DNA from: an uncultured cyanobacterium
GTDB lineage: Bacteria; Cyanobacteriota; Cyanobacteriia; PCC-9006; JAAUQQ01
Assembly (NCBI GenBank): GCA_963718615.1
Contig: OY970368.1
Span: 4,352,001-4,416,000, forward strand
DNA: 64,000 nt
Direction of reading: 5' to 3'
Every line of letters begins with the position of its first letter. Positions within the stretch are counted from its first letter, which is position 1. Made by a program: the position numbers and the translations under genes. This document shows positions 1 to 8,761 of this stretch, one piece after another. Below the pieces are notes generated by a model, which saw only the letters and a program-made list of their open reading frames with translations, had not been told where the DNA came from and ran no database searches.

Positions 1-129
1 ACCATCGATTTTTACAATTTTTGCAGATTGAGCAACCCCCATAGTTGGCACCAGGGTCACTGCTCCCACCAGAGCAGACACAGCGGATAGGGCTGCAACG
101 TTCTTTAGCGCGTTCAACTTAGCAGTCAT
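1..129 (-). CDS. pstS: PstS-family phosphate-binding protein, 5' end only (runs off window edge)
   Basis: Manual translation from ATG at 129: MTAKLNALKNVAALSAVSALVGAVTLVPTMGVAQSAKIVKIDG; signal-peptide-like start, then VKIDG, parallel to VKADGSST of the adjacent PstS; Pho boxes upstream. Confidence 0.65.
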   Translation of the reverse strand, partial: MTAKLNALKNVAALSAVSALVGAVTLVPTMGVAQSAKIVKIDG

Positions 130-310
130 GATTTGACCTAGAAATTCCTTTCAAACGTAATCCAATGAGATAAAGGTCACCGGGATCAACACTGTGCGGT
201 CTAGAAGTCGAACCGCACAAGACTAAGCGACAAGTGAATCAAGGTCCGAAAAACTGATTTTCAAAAATCAGTATGTTCACAGATATCACCAGATACAGTT
301 AAAACTAGTT

Positions 311-373
311 AGGTTAAGATCACGGAATCAAAGTCATAAGAAATCTGTAAGATTAGATTAACAAACGATTAAG
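311..373 (-). promoter_or_regulatory. Pho-box array (SphR/PhoB sites)
   Basis: Minus-strand 8-mers in 11-bp phase: CTTAATCG (373-366), GTTAATCT (362-355), CTTACAGA (351-344), CTTATGAC (340-333) and, after one poor slot, CTTAACCT (318-311); cyanobacterial consensus PyTTAAPyPy(T/A); lies upstream of a pstS. Confidence 0.65.
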
Positions 374-432
374 GTCGAAGAATTTAAGCTTTTCTTCCGT
401 ATAGAGAACAGGATGAGCTCCTATGGAAGCCT

Positions 433-1512
433 CTAAAGGGATTGCTCTTTTTGCAAAACCTCTAAAATCGTTAGGTAAGCTTGAGGTTTGCCATCGTAGG
501 CTGTGCCGTATTCGCCCTTTAAAAGATGGGATCGAGCAATATCATAGGCTTCTGGGACGAGAGGAATATAATCCGTGGCGGAAACAATCCTAGAACTGTT
601 TTCCATGTAAAACTTTACGAACTCCTGTAATTCTTCATTAGCCTGGGCTGATTTGCCATTGACGTAAATGAATAGGGGGCGAGACAAAGGTTGGTAAAGG
701 GCCTTTTCCACTGCTTCTGCTGAAGGGGTAACCGCCTCTGTTAGGCTACCTTGGCTATCATCTGCGATCGCTACAACCTTGAGGCGATCGCGATTCTTTT
801 CATAGTAAGAAAAACCAAAGAATCCTAACGCATTGGGATCTTGAGCAACACCTGCAACCAGGTCATTGTCATCTTCACTCCCTGTATAATCTCCTCGAAG
901 GGAAGCCTCTCCTGTAATAACTTCGGCAAAGTAGTCATAAGTCCCAGAATCCTGTCCTGGTCCATAAAGCTGGATCGGTTTCTTAGGAAAATCAGGACGA
1001 ACTTGGTCCCAGGTTAGAATTTTTCCCTGAGCCGCAGTTTCCCAGATTTTCTTCAATTCTGACACCGTTAACTCTTGAACCCAGCTATTTTGAGGATGGA
1101 CAACGACGGCAAGAGCATCAAAAGCAATGGGCAACTCAATAAAGGGAACACCAGCCGTGCGACAAGCGGAGAGTTCTGCCGAGGAGATAGGACGAGAGGC
1201 ATTGCTAATGTCGGTTTCGCCCGCACAAAACTTCCGAAAGCCACCCGTTGTTCCTGAAAACTGTATGTCAATCTCTACATTAGGGTTTGCCTTTTTGAAG
1301 GCTTCCGCAGCCATTTGGGTAATGGGATAAACCGTACTCGAACCATCTGCTTTTACCCCAGAGGATGATAGTAATTCAGAGTTACTTTGAGGTTGTGGAG
1401 AATCAGACCGATCAGAACTTGCTGGACTCGAAGCACTACAACCAGTGGCTAAAAGGCTAAGGGCGATCGCTATTCTAGCTAACTTTACGGCTACTTGAGT
1501 GTGAATTATCAT
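433..1512 (-). CDS. pstS: PstS phosphate ABC transporter substrate-binding lipoprotein
   Basis: Lipobox LATGC; DGSSTVYP, SGTTGGF, DISNASR, DSGTYDYF, YQPLSRPLFIY motifs. Confidence 0.93.
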   Translation of the reverse strand: MIIHTQVAVKLARIAIALSLLATGCSASSPASSDRSDSPQPQSNSELLSSSGVKADGSSTVYPITQMAAEAFKKANPNVEIDIQFSGTTGGFRKFCAGETDISNASRPISSAELSACRTAGVPFIELPIAFDALAVVVHPQNSWVQELTVSELKKIWETAAQGKILTWDQVRPDFPKKPIQLYGPGQDSGTYDYFAEVITGEASLRGDYTGSEDDNDLVAGVAQDPNALGFFGFSYYEKNRDRLKVVAIADDSQGSLTEAVTPSAEAVEKALYQPLSRPLFIYVNGKSAQANEELQEFVKFYMENSSRIVSATDYIPLVPEAYDIARSHLLKGEYGTAYDGKPQAYLTILEVLQKEQSL

Positions 1513-1600
1513 TTTTTGCTTCCTACTAAATAGCTTGTTTCTAAGTCATTCGATGACTGACCGCAAGTGCTCTAGCTCACTATTTACTAAAGTTAAAACC

Positions 1601-2260
1601 TTAGTTTTTTTGTTTTAGCTGTTCTTTTCGTTCACTGTACCGATCCGTCAGATAATCAGTTTGCCCCCGAAGCAGCAGTGTGAATTTGAAGAGCTCTTCC
1701 ATCACATCAATGACGCGATCGCGATAGGCCGAATCCTTCATCGTGCCATCCTCATGGAATTCCTGATAAGCCTTCGCCACGGACGATTGATTCGGAATCG
1801 TAAACATTCGCATCCAGCGTCCCAATAACCTCATCGTATTGACCGCATTAAACGACTGCGAACCACCACTCACTTGCATCACAGCCAAAGTCCGCCCTTG
1901 GGTAGGCCGAACTGCACCGATATTGAGGGGAATCCAGTCAATTTGGTTTTTCAGAATGCCCGAAATCTGGCCGTGCAGTTCTGGGCTAGACCACACTTGT
2001 CCCTCAGACCATTGGCTCAATGCTCGTAGTTCTTGTACCTTAGGGTGGGTATCAGGAACGCTGTTGTAAATGGGTAACTCACGTGGGTCAAAAAAACGAA
2101 CTTCAGCGCCAAAACTGGCAATAATCCGGGCTGCTTCTTCAGCTAATAAACGGCTATAGGAACGTTCGCGCAAAGAACCATAGAGGAACAAAATACGCGG
2201 GGGGCGATCGCGATTTTGATCCCAATTCTGAAATTGAGGGACAAGATGAGGGTCAAGCAT
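1601..2260 (-). CDS. arsH: Arsenical resistance flavoprotein ArsH
   Basis: [40 protein letters not shown] motifs; ars operon context. Confidence 0.97.
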   Translation of the reverse strand: MLDPHLVPQFQNWDQNRDRPPRILFLYGSLRERSYSRLLAEEAARIIASFGAEVRFFDPRELPIYNSVPDTHPKVQELRALSQWSEGQVWSSPELHGQISGILKNQIDWIPLNIGAVRPTQGRTLAVMQVSGGSQSFNAVNTMRLLGRWMRMFTIPNQSSVAKAYQEFHEDGTMKDSAYRDRVIDVMEELFKFTLLLRGQTDYLTDRYSERKEQLKQKN

Positions 2261-2308
2261 AGTTGATGTTCAGGCCGTAACAAGGCAGTAGCGTACTCGG
2301 CGATATTT

Positions 2309-2704
2309 TTACTCGGCGATACTTTCCAACAGGGTTGCAACCCGCGCTTTAATTTCATCCCGAACCCTGGGAAAAATCTCCGGCTGTTCTGCCGGATCAT
2401 CCAGTTGCCAATCTTCAAAGACTTCGCGTAACACCCAGGCTTCTGGCAGGTTGACACCGCAACCACAGAGCGAAATTACTACATCAAAGTCTTCAGGATT
2501 GAAGGCAGCCAATGGGTCAGAGGTTTGATTGCTGATGTCGATGCCGATGTCCGCCATGGTGGCGATCGCCTCCGGCCTCACCTGACTGGCTTCTAAGCCT
2601 GAGCTAGTCACTGCAATTTTTCCGGCCCCCAAGGTCTTGGCAAATCCTTCCGCCATCTGGGACCGAGCGGAGTTCTTTTTGCAGACAAACATGACTTTTT
2701 TCAT
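2309..2704 (-). CDS. arsC: Arsenate reductase (LMW-PTP fold, cyanobacterial type)
   Basis: Likely start MKKVMF at 2704 (131 aa); CKKNSARS P-loop, SLCGCG, LDDP. Confidence 0.93.
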   Translation of the reverse strand: MKKVMFVCKKNSARSQMAEGFAKTLGAGKIAVTSSGLEASQVRPEAIATMADIGIDISNQTSDPLAAFNPEDFDVVISLCGCGVNLPEAWVLREVFEDWQLDDPAEQPEIFPRVRDEIKARVATLLESIAE

Positions 2705-2804
2705 GGAATTGATCTCCTTGAAAAGGAGTTTGAATTGAGCTTGAATTGAATTTGAATCAAACTTAAATTGAGTTCGCAATCTATTTTGAGCTGATACTCA
2801 GAAT

Positions 2805-3956
2805 TTAAGAATTCCAGCCACTGGGAACACAACGGGGATCGGGCAGGGTCGCCTTTTCGGGCTCTCGCGGGAACCAAAAGGCCGTTCGCTTACACACCTC
2901 GACCAACATGAGCATGAGGGGAACTTCGATCAAGACGCCCACCACCGTTGCCAGGGCTGCGCCGGAGTTGAGGCCAAAGAGGATGATGGCGGTGGCGATC
3001 GCCACTTCAAAGTGATTGCTAGCTCCAATCAAAGCGGCGGGCGCTGCATCTTCGTAAGTCAACTTCAGCTTCTGTGCCGCAACGTAACTCATGAGAAAAA
3101 TAAAGTTCGTTTGAATGAACAGAGGAACTGCAATCAACAGAATATGAAGTGGATGCTTGAGAATCAGTTCTCCTTTGAATGCAAACAGCAAGACTAAAGT
3201 CACTAGCATTGCCGTAATGGCGATCGGCGTGAGATATTGCAAAAACCGTTGCTCAAACCAGGTTCGTCCTTTGTGTTGCAAAATCCAATGCCGGGAAACC
3301 ACGCCTGCCAACAATGGAAAACCTACATAAATTAATACCGAAAGCACAATCGTTTGCCAAGGAACTGTCAGATTATTTGCGGCGAGGAGCCATCGCCCTA
3401 AGGGCGCATAAAGAAACAGCATGGCCAGCGAATTAATTGCAACCATCACCAGCGTATGCCCCTGATTGCTGTAGGACAAATAACCCCACATCAAAACCAT
3501 GGCTGTACAAGGTGCAATGCCTAACAGAATCGTCCCGGCAATATAGGAATCTACCAAGGGCACATCAACCCCGCGAATTAGCTCTGTTCCCACCATCAGG
3601 GGGCGAAAAAGCCAACCTAAAAAGAATTGGGAAAAGGCCACCATCGTAAAGGGCTTAATCAGCCAATTCACCACCAAGGTTAAGAGCACAGGTTTCGGTG
3701 TCCGAGCCGCTTGCTTGGCCTGGGAAAAATCGATTTTGACCATGATGGGATACATCATGAAAAATAGGCAGATGGCAATGGGAATGGAAACCTGATAAAG
3801 GCTCATGGAATCCAGTGCCACGGCAACGCCAGGGAACAAACGCCCGAAGATTACGCCAGCCACAATGCACAGAAAAACCCAAACCGTCAGATAGCGCTCA
3901 AAAAAGCTCAGCCGCCCGCCTGCTTGCACAGGAGGGGGTTGCATAGAGTGGGCCAT
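2805..3956 (-). CDS. acr3: ACR3-family arsenite efflux permease
   Basis: [45 protein letters not shown] motifs; multi-TM. Confidence 0.96.
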   Translation of the reverse strand: MAHSMQPPPVQAGGRLSFFERYLTVWVFLCIVAGVIFGRLFPGVAVALDSMSLYQVSIPIAICLFFMMYPIMVKIDFSQAKQAARTPKPVLLTLVVNWLIKPFTMVAFSQFFLGWLFRPLMVGTELIRGVDVPLVDSYIAGTILLGIAPCTAMVLMWGYLSYSNQGHTLVMVAINSLAMLFLYAPLGRWLLAANNLTVPWQTIVLSVLIYVGFPLLAGVVSRHWILQHKGRTWFEQRFLQYLTPIAITAMLVTLVLLFAFKGELILKHPLHILLIAVPLFIQTNFIFLMSYVAAQKLKLTYEDAAPAALIGASNHFEVAIATAIILFGLNSGAALATVVGVLIEVPLMLMLVEVCKRTAFWFPREPEKATLPDPRCVPSGWNS

Positions 3957-3988
3957 AGAGACTCCCTAACATCATCACTCTAGTTCAT

Positions 3989-4004
3989 ATCAAAAAAAAT
4001 TGAT
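3989..4004. promoter_or_regulatory. ArsR operator ATCAA-N6-TTGAT
   Basis: ATCAAAAAAAATTGAT between divergent acr3 and arsR; same form as the Synechocystis arsBHC operator. Confidence 0.75.
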
Positions 4005-4112
4005 TTGTGAAACCGTAGTCAGTTATTCTGTATCTACGTGGTAATCAGGCTGGAGAGTAGCCTTCTCGTCGGGGATTGGCCTATCATAGGAGCGTCGGTG
4101 ATTTCTCAACCT

Positions 4113-4457
4113 ATGACACCAGCCTCTAGTCCAGCCTCTAGCTTAAAATCAACTTCTCTTGAATTGGGCTTTAAGGCGCTGTCGGATCCGCTGCGGATTC
4201 AGATTATAGAGTTGCTGAGGCATCAAGAAGTTTGCGTTTGTGATTTGGGCGATCGCCTCCAAGTCGGTCAGTCCAAAATTTCGTTTCATCTCAAGGTTTT
4301 AAAAGAGGCTGAACTATTGCGCGCACGCCAGCAGGGCAAGTGGACCTACTACAGCCTTAACTTGCCCCAGTTCGCCCAATTAGAGCAGTACCTGTCAGAA
4401 TTCCGACGCCTGAGCCCCATGCTGCCCGCTCGGGCCTGCGAAGAGGATGAGTGCTAG
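4113..4457 (+). CDS. arsR: ArsR/SmtB transcriptional repressor
   Basis: FKALSDPLR, EVCVCDL metal/As site, QSKISFHLKVL, RQQGKWTYYSL; start probably ATG 4113 (ORF track begins 4038). Confidence 0.92.
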   Translation: MTPASSPASSLKSTSLELGFKALSDPLRIQIIELLRHQEVCVCDLGDRLQVGQSKISFHLKVLKEAELLRARQQGKWTYYSLNLPQFAQLEQYLSEFRRLSPMLPARACEEDEC

Positions 4458-4492
4458 GGCAACGATATGGCTTGAATCTTGAGTTTGAATCT

Positions 4493-5359
4493 TTAGAATG
4501 ACGAAACATCCGCAGCGGTAATGCGATTGAGGTCTTTGTCGATGGTGACTAGGCGATCGATGCGATCGCGGGTCGAAGGATGGGTGGAAAACAGATTGGC
4601 AAAAATGTTACGCGCCGGACCATTCATAATCAGCAGCGGTTGAAATGCCGGATTGCCTTCAAGGGGCAAAGACTGGGCTCCAGCTTCCAGCCGTTGCAGC
4701 GCGCGAGCCAAGGCCCGAGGATTGCGCGTTAACCTTGCTGCACCTTCATCGGCGGAAAATTCGCGGGTGCGGGAGATGCCCATTTGAATGACCGTCGCCG
4801 CCACCGGAGCCAACAACACGGATAACAACATCACAAAGGGATTGGTGCCTTCGTTATCACGGCTGCCCCCAAAGAAAAATGCCATTTGCGCCAGCCAAGA
4901 AATTGCCCCAGCAACCGTTGCGGCAACGGCTTGGGTCAGGGTATCGCGATTGTAAATGTGGCTGAGCTCATGGGCAATGACGCCTTCCAGTTCATCCTCC
5001 GGCAGCATGCGCAAAATCCCCTCGGTGACGGCAACCGCCGCGTGCTGAGGGTCGCGACCAGTTGCAAAGGCATTGGCGGCGGGACTGGGAACGATGTAAA
5101 TCCTAGGCATCGGCATTTCAGCGGTTTGTGTCAGCCGCTGCACGATGCGATAGAGCTGGGGAAATTGAGTCGCGGTGACGGGTTGGGCGCGATAGGCGGA
5201 GAGGGCGAGGCGATCGGAATAGAACCAGGAGCCTAGGTTCATCACCGCAGCCATGATCAGGCCAAGAAAGGCACCGCCGCTGCCCCCCATCAGATTACCC
5301 ACAGCCACGAGGATACCGCTCAGCAGTGCCAGCAGCGCCAGGGTTTTGAATTGGTTCAT
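4493..5359 (-). CDS. htpX: Zinc metalloprotease HtpX (M48)
   Basis: Start MNQFKT at 5359; ANAFATGR, HELSH, SRTREFSAD, FSTHP motifs. Confidence 0.95.
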   Translation of the reverse strand: MNQFKTLALLALLSGILVAVGNLMGGSGGAFLGLIMAAVMNLGSWFYSDRLALSAYRAQPVTATQFPQLYRIVQRLTQTAEMPMPRIYIVPSPAANAFATGRDPQHAAVAVTEGILRMLPEDELEGVIAHELSHIYNRDTLTQAVAATVAGAISWLAQMAFFFGGSRDNEGTNPFVMLLSVLLAPVAATVIQMGISRTREFSADEGAARLTRNPRALARALQRLEAGAQSLPLEGNPAFQPLLIMNGPARNIFANLFSTHPSTRDRIDRLVTIDKDLNRITAADVSSF

Positions 5360-5502
5360 GGACGCTTCTCCCGGTTTTGAAGCCCGAAAAGTTTGAGGTA
5401 AAGGGGATGGATTCCCTGACCCTATTGTAAAAATCCTTTCGGCAAATAGGAGGGTTGAAAACCGATCCGGCGATCTTTCAGGCGATCTTTTAGGCAACCT
5501 TT

Positions 5503-6570
5503 TTAGGCAACCTTGCGGCGATCGCGACGACGTCCTACAAACCCAACTAGGGCAAAAAGACTGGCGATCGCGCCTCCCGCTTCTGGCACCGCCTGGGGCG
5601 GTTGGGGCTGACTTGCTTCCAATGCTAACAGGGCCTGAGCCGCAATGATTTGATGACCCTTCGTGGTCGGGTGCAAATCATCCCAAAATAGCGAGGTTTC
5701 ACCACAGGCCGCTAGGGTCGCCGGATCAGAGATGGTGTTGTCTGCAATTTGAGCCAATGTAAAGCAGGGCGCGTCGGCTTGGGTAAAGCCAAAGGCGGTC
5801 GGATTTTGTTGAACTTCCGTAAAAATACTGGTGATATCAAAGGGCACAAGCTGAATATCGCTATGGGCGAGCTCAAATTGATTCAGCACCGTCGTCAGCC
5901 CCTGATTATGGGCGGCGCTCAGGGCACTTAAGGGACCCGGTGCAATGGCCTGCCCCAGGGGCGTGTTGCCGAGGTCGGGTAAATTGGCCACGAGGAAATT
6001 GCGCGCGCCGCTGGCATACAGGTCGTTCAAAGCATTGCTGATATTCGTCAAGGGAATCTGCGGATTGGTTTGGCCGCCGCCGAGATAATCATTCGCTCCA
6101 GCCCAATAGATGTAGAGCGCCTCCTCCGTTGCACTCGGCCCAGCGGCATTGATAAAGGTTTGATAAGCTGCTAATTCGGTGGCGACACCGGGAAGGGCAG
6201 GGCTGCCAACGGGTTTGAGCGGGTTGTCGTCGTTAGAGTTGGTGTTGTCGGTGTTGGCTCCGGCGATCGCAAAGTTAATCCCCTGACTGGCTGACAGCGG
6301 ATTTGTCTGAGCCTCCAAAATCCGCGCGGGCGAGAGGCCTAAATCATCGGCTAAATACTCAACCCAAACGGGGCCATTGCTCGTGCGACCGTCTACATAG
6401 GGCGGTGGCGGGAACGTGTCTCCTGAAAAGTCAAACAGGTTGCCGGGGTCCGAAAGGCTGTCTCCAAAGACGTAGAGGCGATCGAAATTCAGTGAAGCGG
6501 CTTCGCTAGGCAAGGCGGGCAGGAGCAACAAAACCGTCAAGCCAGTCAAAAGGGCAGGGGCTGATTTCAT
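5503..6570 (-). CDS. Secreted SGNH/GDSL hydrolase with PEP-CTERM-like tail
   Basis: Signal peptide, FGDSLSD, GANDY, FWDDLHPT; C-terminal VPEA + hydrophobic stretch + RRRDRRK. Confidence 0.9.
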   Translation of the reverse strand: MKSAPALLTGLTVLLLLPALPSEAASLNFDRLYVFGDSLSDPGNLFDFSGDTFPPPPYVDGRTSNGPVWVEYLADDLGLSPARILEAQTNPLSASQGINFAIAGANTDNTNSNDDNPLKPVGSPALPGVATELAAYQTFINAAGPSATEEALYIYWAGANDYLGGGQTNPQIPLTNISNALNDLYASGARNFLVANLPDLGNTPLGQAIAPGPLSALSAAHNQGLTTVLNQFELAHSDIQLVPFDITSIFTEVQQNPTAFGFTQADAPCFTLAQIADNTISDPATLAACGETSLFWDDLHPTTKGHQIIAAQALLALEASQPQPPQAVPEAGGAIASLFALVGFVGRRRDRRKVA

Positions 6571-6741
6571 GGGGAAAAACCTGCGGGAGCAGGCTAGACA
6601 AGGGGGCGTTCGGACATACGAGTCTTGGCCGATGCAATCCAGCAGGGAGATTTATCCGATTCTAGTGAAGGTCTAGAGGGTGCGTCGAGGGTATTTTTGT
6701 TAAGTTCTTTGTCTCCTGTCTTAGAAAAGGTGGTAGTCCAA

Positions 6742-7182
6742 TTATGTGGGTGCTGGAGAGAATGAAGCGGCATGAGCCTGCTTAAGGCGCAATTGCTGGT
6801 TGTAATGGTGAACGAAATTCCAGATCGCAGCCTCGTGGTTCTCTTGTTTCTTTGAAAACGAGAGCGCCTTTCGGACCAAGCGCGACACCCTTTGCCGCAG
6901 GGTGCAGTTGAACCTCTCGATGTAGCTCGTCAGCCCGCTTTCTTTCCCAACCGCTCGGTGGCGTTGGCTAGGAAGCACACAGGCATAGCTCTCCCAATAA
7001 TCGGTGTAGATGACTGCACATTGGCGGTACACTCCCGGTAGAGACCGCCATAAAGCTTCGGCAGATTTAGCACTTCGGTCCCCGATATAAAGGCCAATGA
7101 TTTCGCGAGTGTCCGCATCTAGAGCAATCCAAACCCACTGTTTATTTCCTTTATGGTCCACGAACGACCAGAGTTCGTCCAT
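6742..7182 (-). CDS. insB: IS1 transposase catalytic part (InsB, by -1 frameshift)
   Basis: MDELWSFV, YTDYW, IERFNCTLRQR DDE motifs. Confidence 0.93.
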   Translation of the reverse strand: MDELWSFVDHKGNKQWVWIALDADTREIIGLYIGDRSAKSAEALWRSLPGVYRQCAVIYTDYWESYACVLPSQRHRAVGKESGLTSYIERFNCTLRQRVSRLVRKALSFSKKQENHEAAIWNFVHHYNQQLRLKQAHAASFSPAPT

Positions 7183-7190
7183 CTGGACCG

Positions 7191-7514
7191 TCAGAGCTTT
7201 TTTACTTTCTTCGTCACTTCCACCTCCCGAGCAACGGTTTTAGCTTTGGCGTTGACGTAGGTCTGAATGCAGCTCTCGGAGCGCTGCATCACCCGAGCAA
7301 TTCCAGCAATGGCCAGCCTTTCAAGCAATAAACGTTCGAGCAAGGCTATCTCTTCATCGCTCAAGGGAAGGGATTTCGGAGTCAGGACAAACCGGCGATG
7401 GCAATCTCGACATTTATAGCTTTGAGTACCGCGATCGTTGAAGCCGTTACGGCTGATATCTTCAGATAGACAGTTAGGACAATGAAGCAGCTCTTGAGTC
7501 ATCGCAATTGGCAC
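7191..7514 (-). CDS. insA: IS1 InsA (zinc ribbon + HTH)
   Basis: CPNC...YKCRDC, IAGIARV; ends at slippery site. Confidence 0.9.
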   Translation of the reverse strand: MPIAMTQELLHCPNCLSEDISRNGFNDRGTQSYKCRDCHRRFVLTPKSLPLSDEEIALLERLLLERLAIAGIARVMQRSESCIQTYVNAKAKTVAREVEVTKKVKKL

Positions 7515-7628
7515 AGAAGGGTCTTACCCAGTTTGCTTTTTCTTTCTCTAATGGCCACAACATACTCATCCCCCAGCTAAAGGCACTACCGAAAAGGTTA
7601 GAGACCGAGTGATTCAGAAAATAATTCT

Positions 7629-8138
7629 TTACTTGTCAGATTTGTTAGACTCAGATGATTTGCTGGGTTGAGTGAGTTCTTTCAGCGCAGTTCCGCCTAA
7701 AAGAGCTGCCCCTGTAGTGAGAAGACTAATGGGTACTCTTGCTTCTTTATCCTTAATTGCGACGGAAAATCCAAGGGATGCAACAAAAAGACAGGAAAAA
7801 GCGGTCATTGCCCAAGCAAGATGTTTCTGATTCCCTTGGCGAATTTCGCGTTGCTCGATGTTGCGGTTTTCTTCCTTTCGTTCTTCTAGGGCAAGGGTTT
7901 TGAGCGCTAATTCATGTTTTTGATCAATTTCCTTTTCCCGTAACTGCTGTTCCTTTTCCTTGAGTTTTTGTTCTTCGGCGATGCGATCGCGCTGATAGGC
8001 AATGATTTGCTCAATCGCGCTCGGGTCTCCAGCTTGGAGCTTAGCCAGCAAGGCAGGATAAAGCAAATCACCCAGATTACCCTGAGGTTCGGCCCTGACA
8101 ATTTCACTTTGGATGGGGCTATCTGCTGCGCCGGTCAT
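7629..8138 (-). CDS. Hypothetical coiled-coil protein with two C-terminal hydrophobic helices
   Basis: E/K/Q-rich stretch, then LAWAMTAFSCLFVASLGFSV and VPISLLTTGAALLGG; start overlaps upstream stop (ATGA). Confidence 0.7.
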   Translation of the reverse strand: MTGAADSPIQSEIVRAEPQGNLGDLLYPALLAKLQAGDPSAIEQIIAYQRDRIAEEQKLKEKEQQLREKEIDQKHELALKTLALEERKEENRNIEQREIRQGNQKHLAWAMTAFSCLFVASLGFSVAIKDKEARVPISLLTTGAALLGGTALKELTQPSKSSESNKSDK

Positions 8139-8758
8139 ACAGTGAATCCTGCAAAGAAATCATTAATCAATTGACTTCCAAGATAAGCAGCATAGGCGAC
8201 CTGATAATTTTCATTGTTGGGAATCATGACGTAGGCATCGGATTCACCGGGATTGCAGCGATCGCGGGTCACCACCCAGTTTGGATTAAGCCGCTTTAAG
8301 TCGGCGATATAGGTTTGGAAATAGTTGCGATCGCGATCCGAGGCATCAACAGGCAGCACAAAACGTTTGATGCTTGGGGCTGTTAGGGGTGGGGGGGTGG
8401 GTTGAGGAACCTGAGATTGGGTTTGAGGTTGCTGATGATGGAGTGAAGGTTCAGCGCTGAAGGATTGGGGGGGTGTCCCGGTGAACTGGGTAACGGTTTG
8501 AAGTTGATCGGTCTCAAAACTGAGTCGTTTTTGGCGATCGCCCCCATCCCGGCGCAGCAGCTTCCGAGCAGTACGATAGGCAGTGTTAAGTTGGGGGTGT
8601 TGTTGGGCGATCGCCTTCAATTCCGATATATGCTGATCCAGTTCTTTCTCGAGTGCCCATACATCCTTAGGCAGCTCGGTGCCTTCCTCGCGGCAGGTTT
8701 CGAGGGCGATCGCGAAGGCATCAACAGCGAGCTGGTCGAGTGGGCTGAGGGTGGACAT
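8135..8758 (-). CDS. Hypothetical protein coupled to the TPR-CHAT gene
   Basis: Starts 3 bp after the CHAT stop; helical N-domain, Q/P linker, small C-domain. Confidence 0.7.
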   Translation of the reverse strand: MSTLSPLDQLAVDAFAIALETCREEGTELPKDVWALEKELDQHISELKAIAQQHPQLNTAYRTARKLLRRDGGDRQKRLSFETDQLQTVTQFTGTPPQSFSAEPSLHHQQPQTQSQVPQPTPPPLTAPSIKRFVLPVDASDRDRNYFQTYIADLKRLNPNWVVTRDRCNPGESDAYVMIPNNENYQVAYAAYLGSQLINDFFAGFTV

Positions 8759-8761
8759 GGT

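Larger units (their letters stand above)
6732..7590 (-). mobile_element. IS1-family insertion sequence, apparently intact (859 bp)
   Basis: Imperfect IRs GGTAGTCC (6732) and GGTAGTGC (7590, minus); 8-bp TSD GAAAAGGT at 6724-6731 and 7591-7598; A6G slippage site 7203-7197. Confidence 0.95.
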
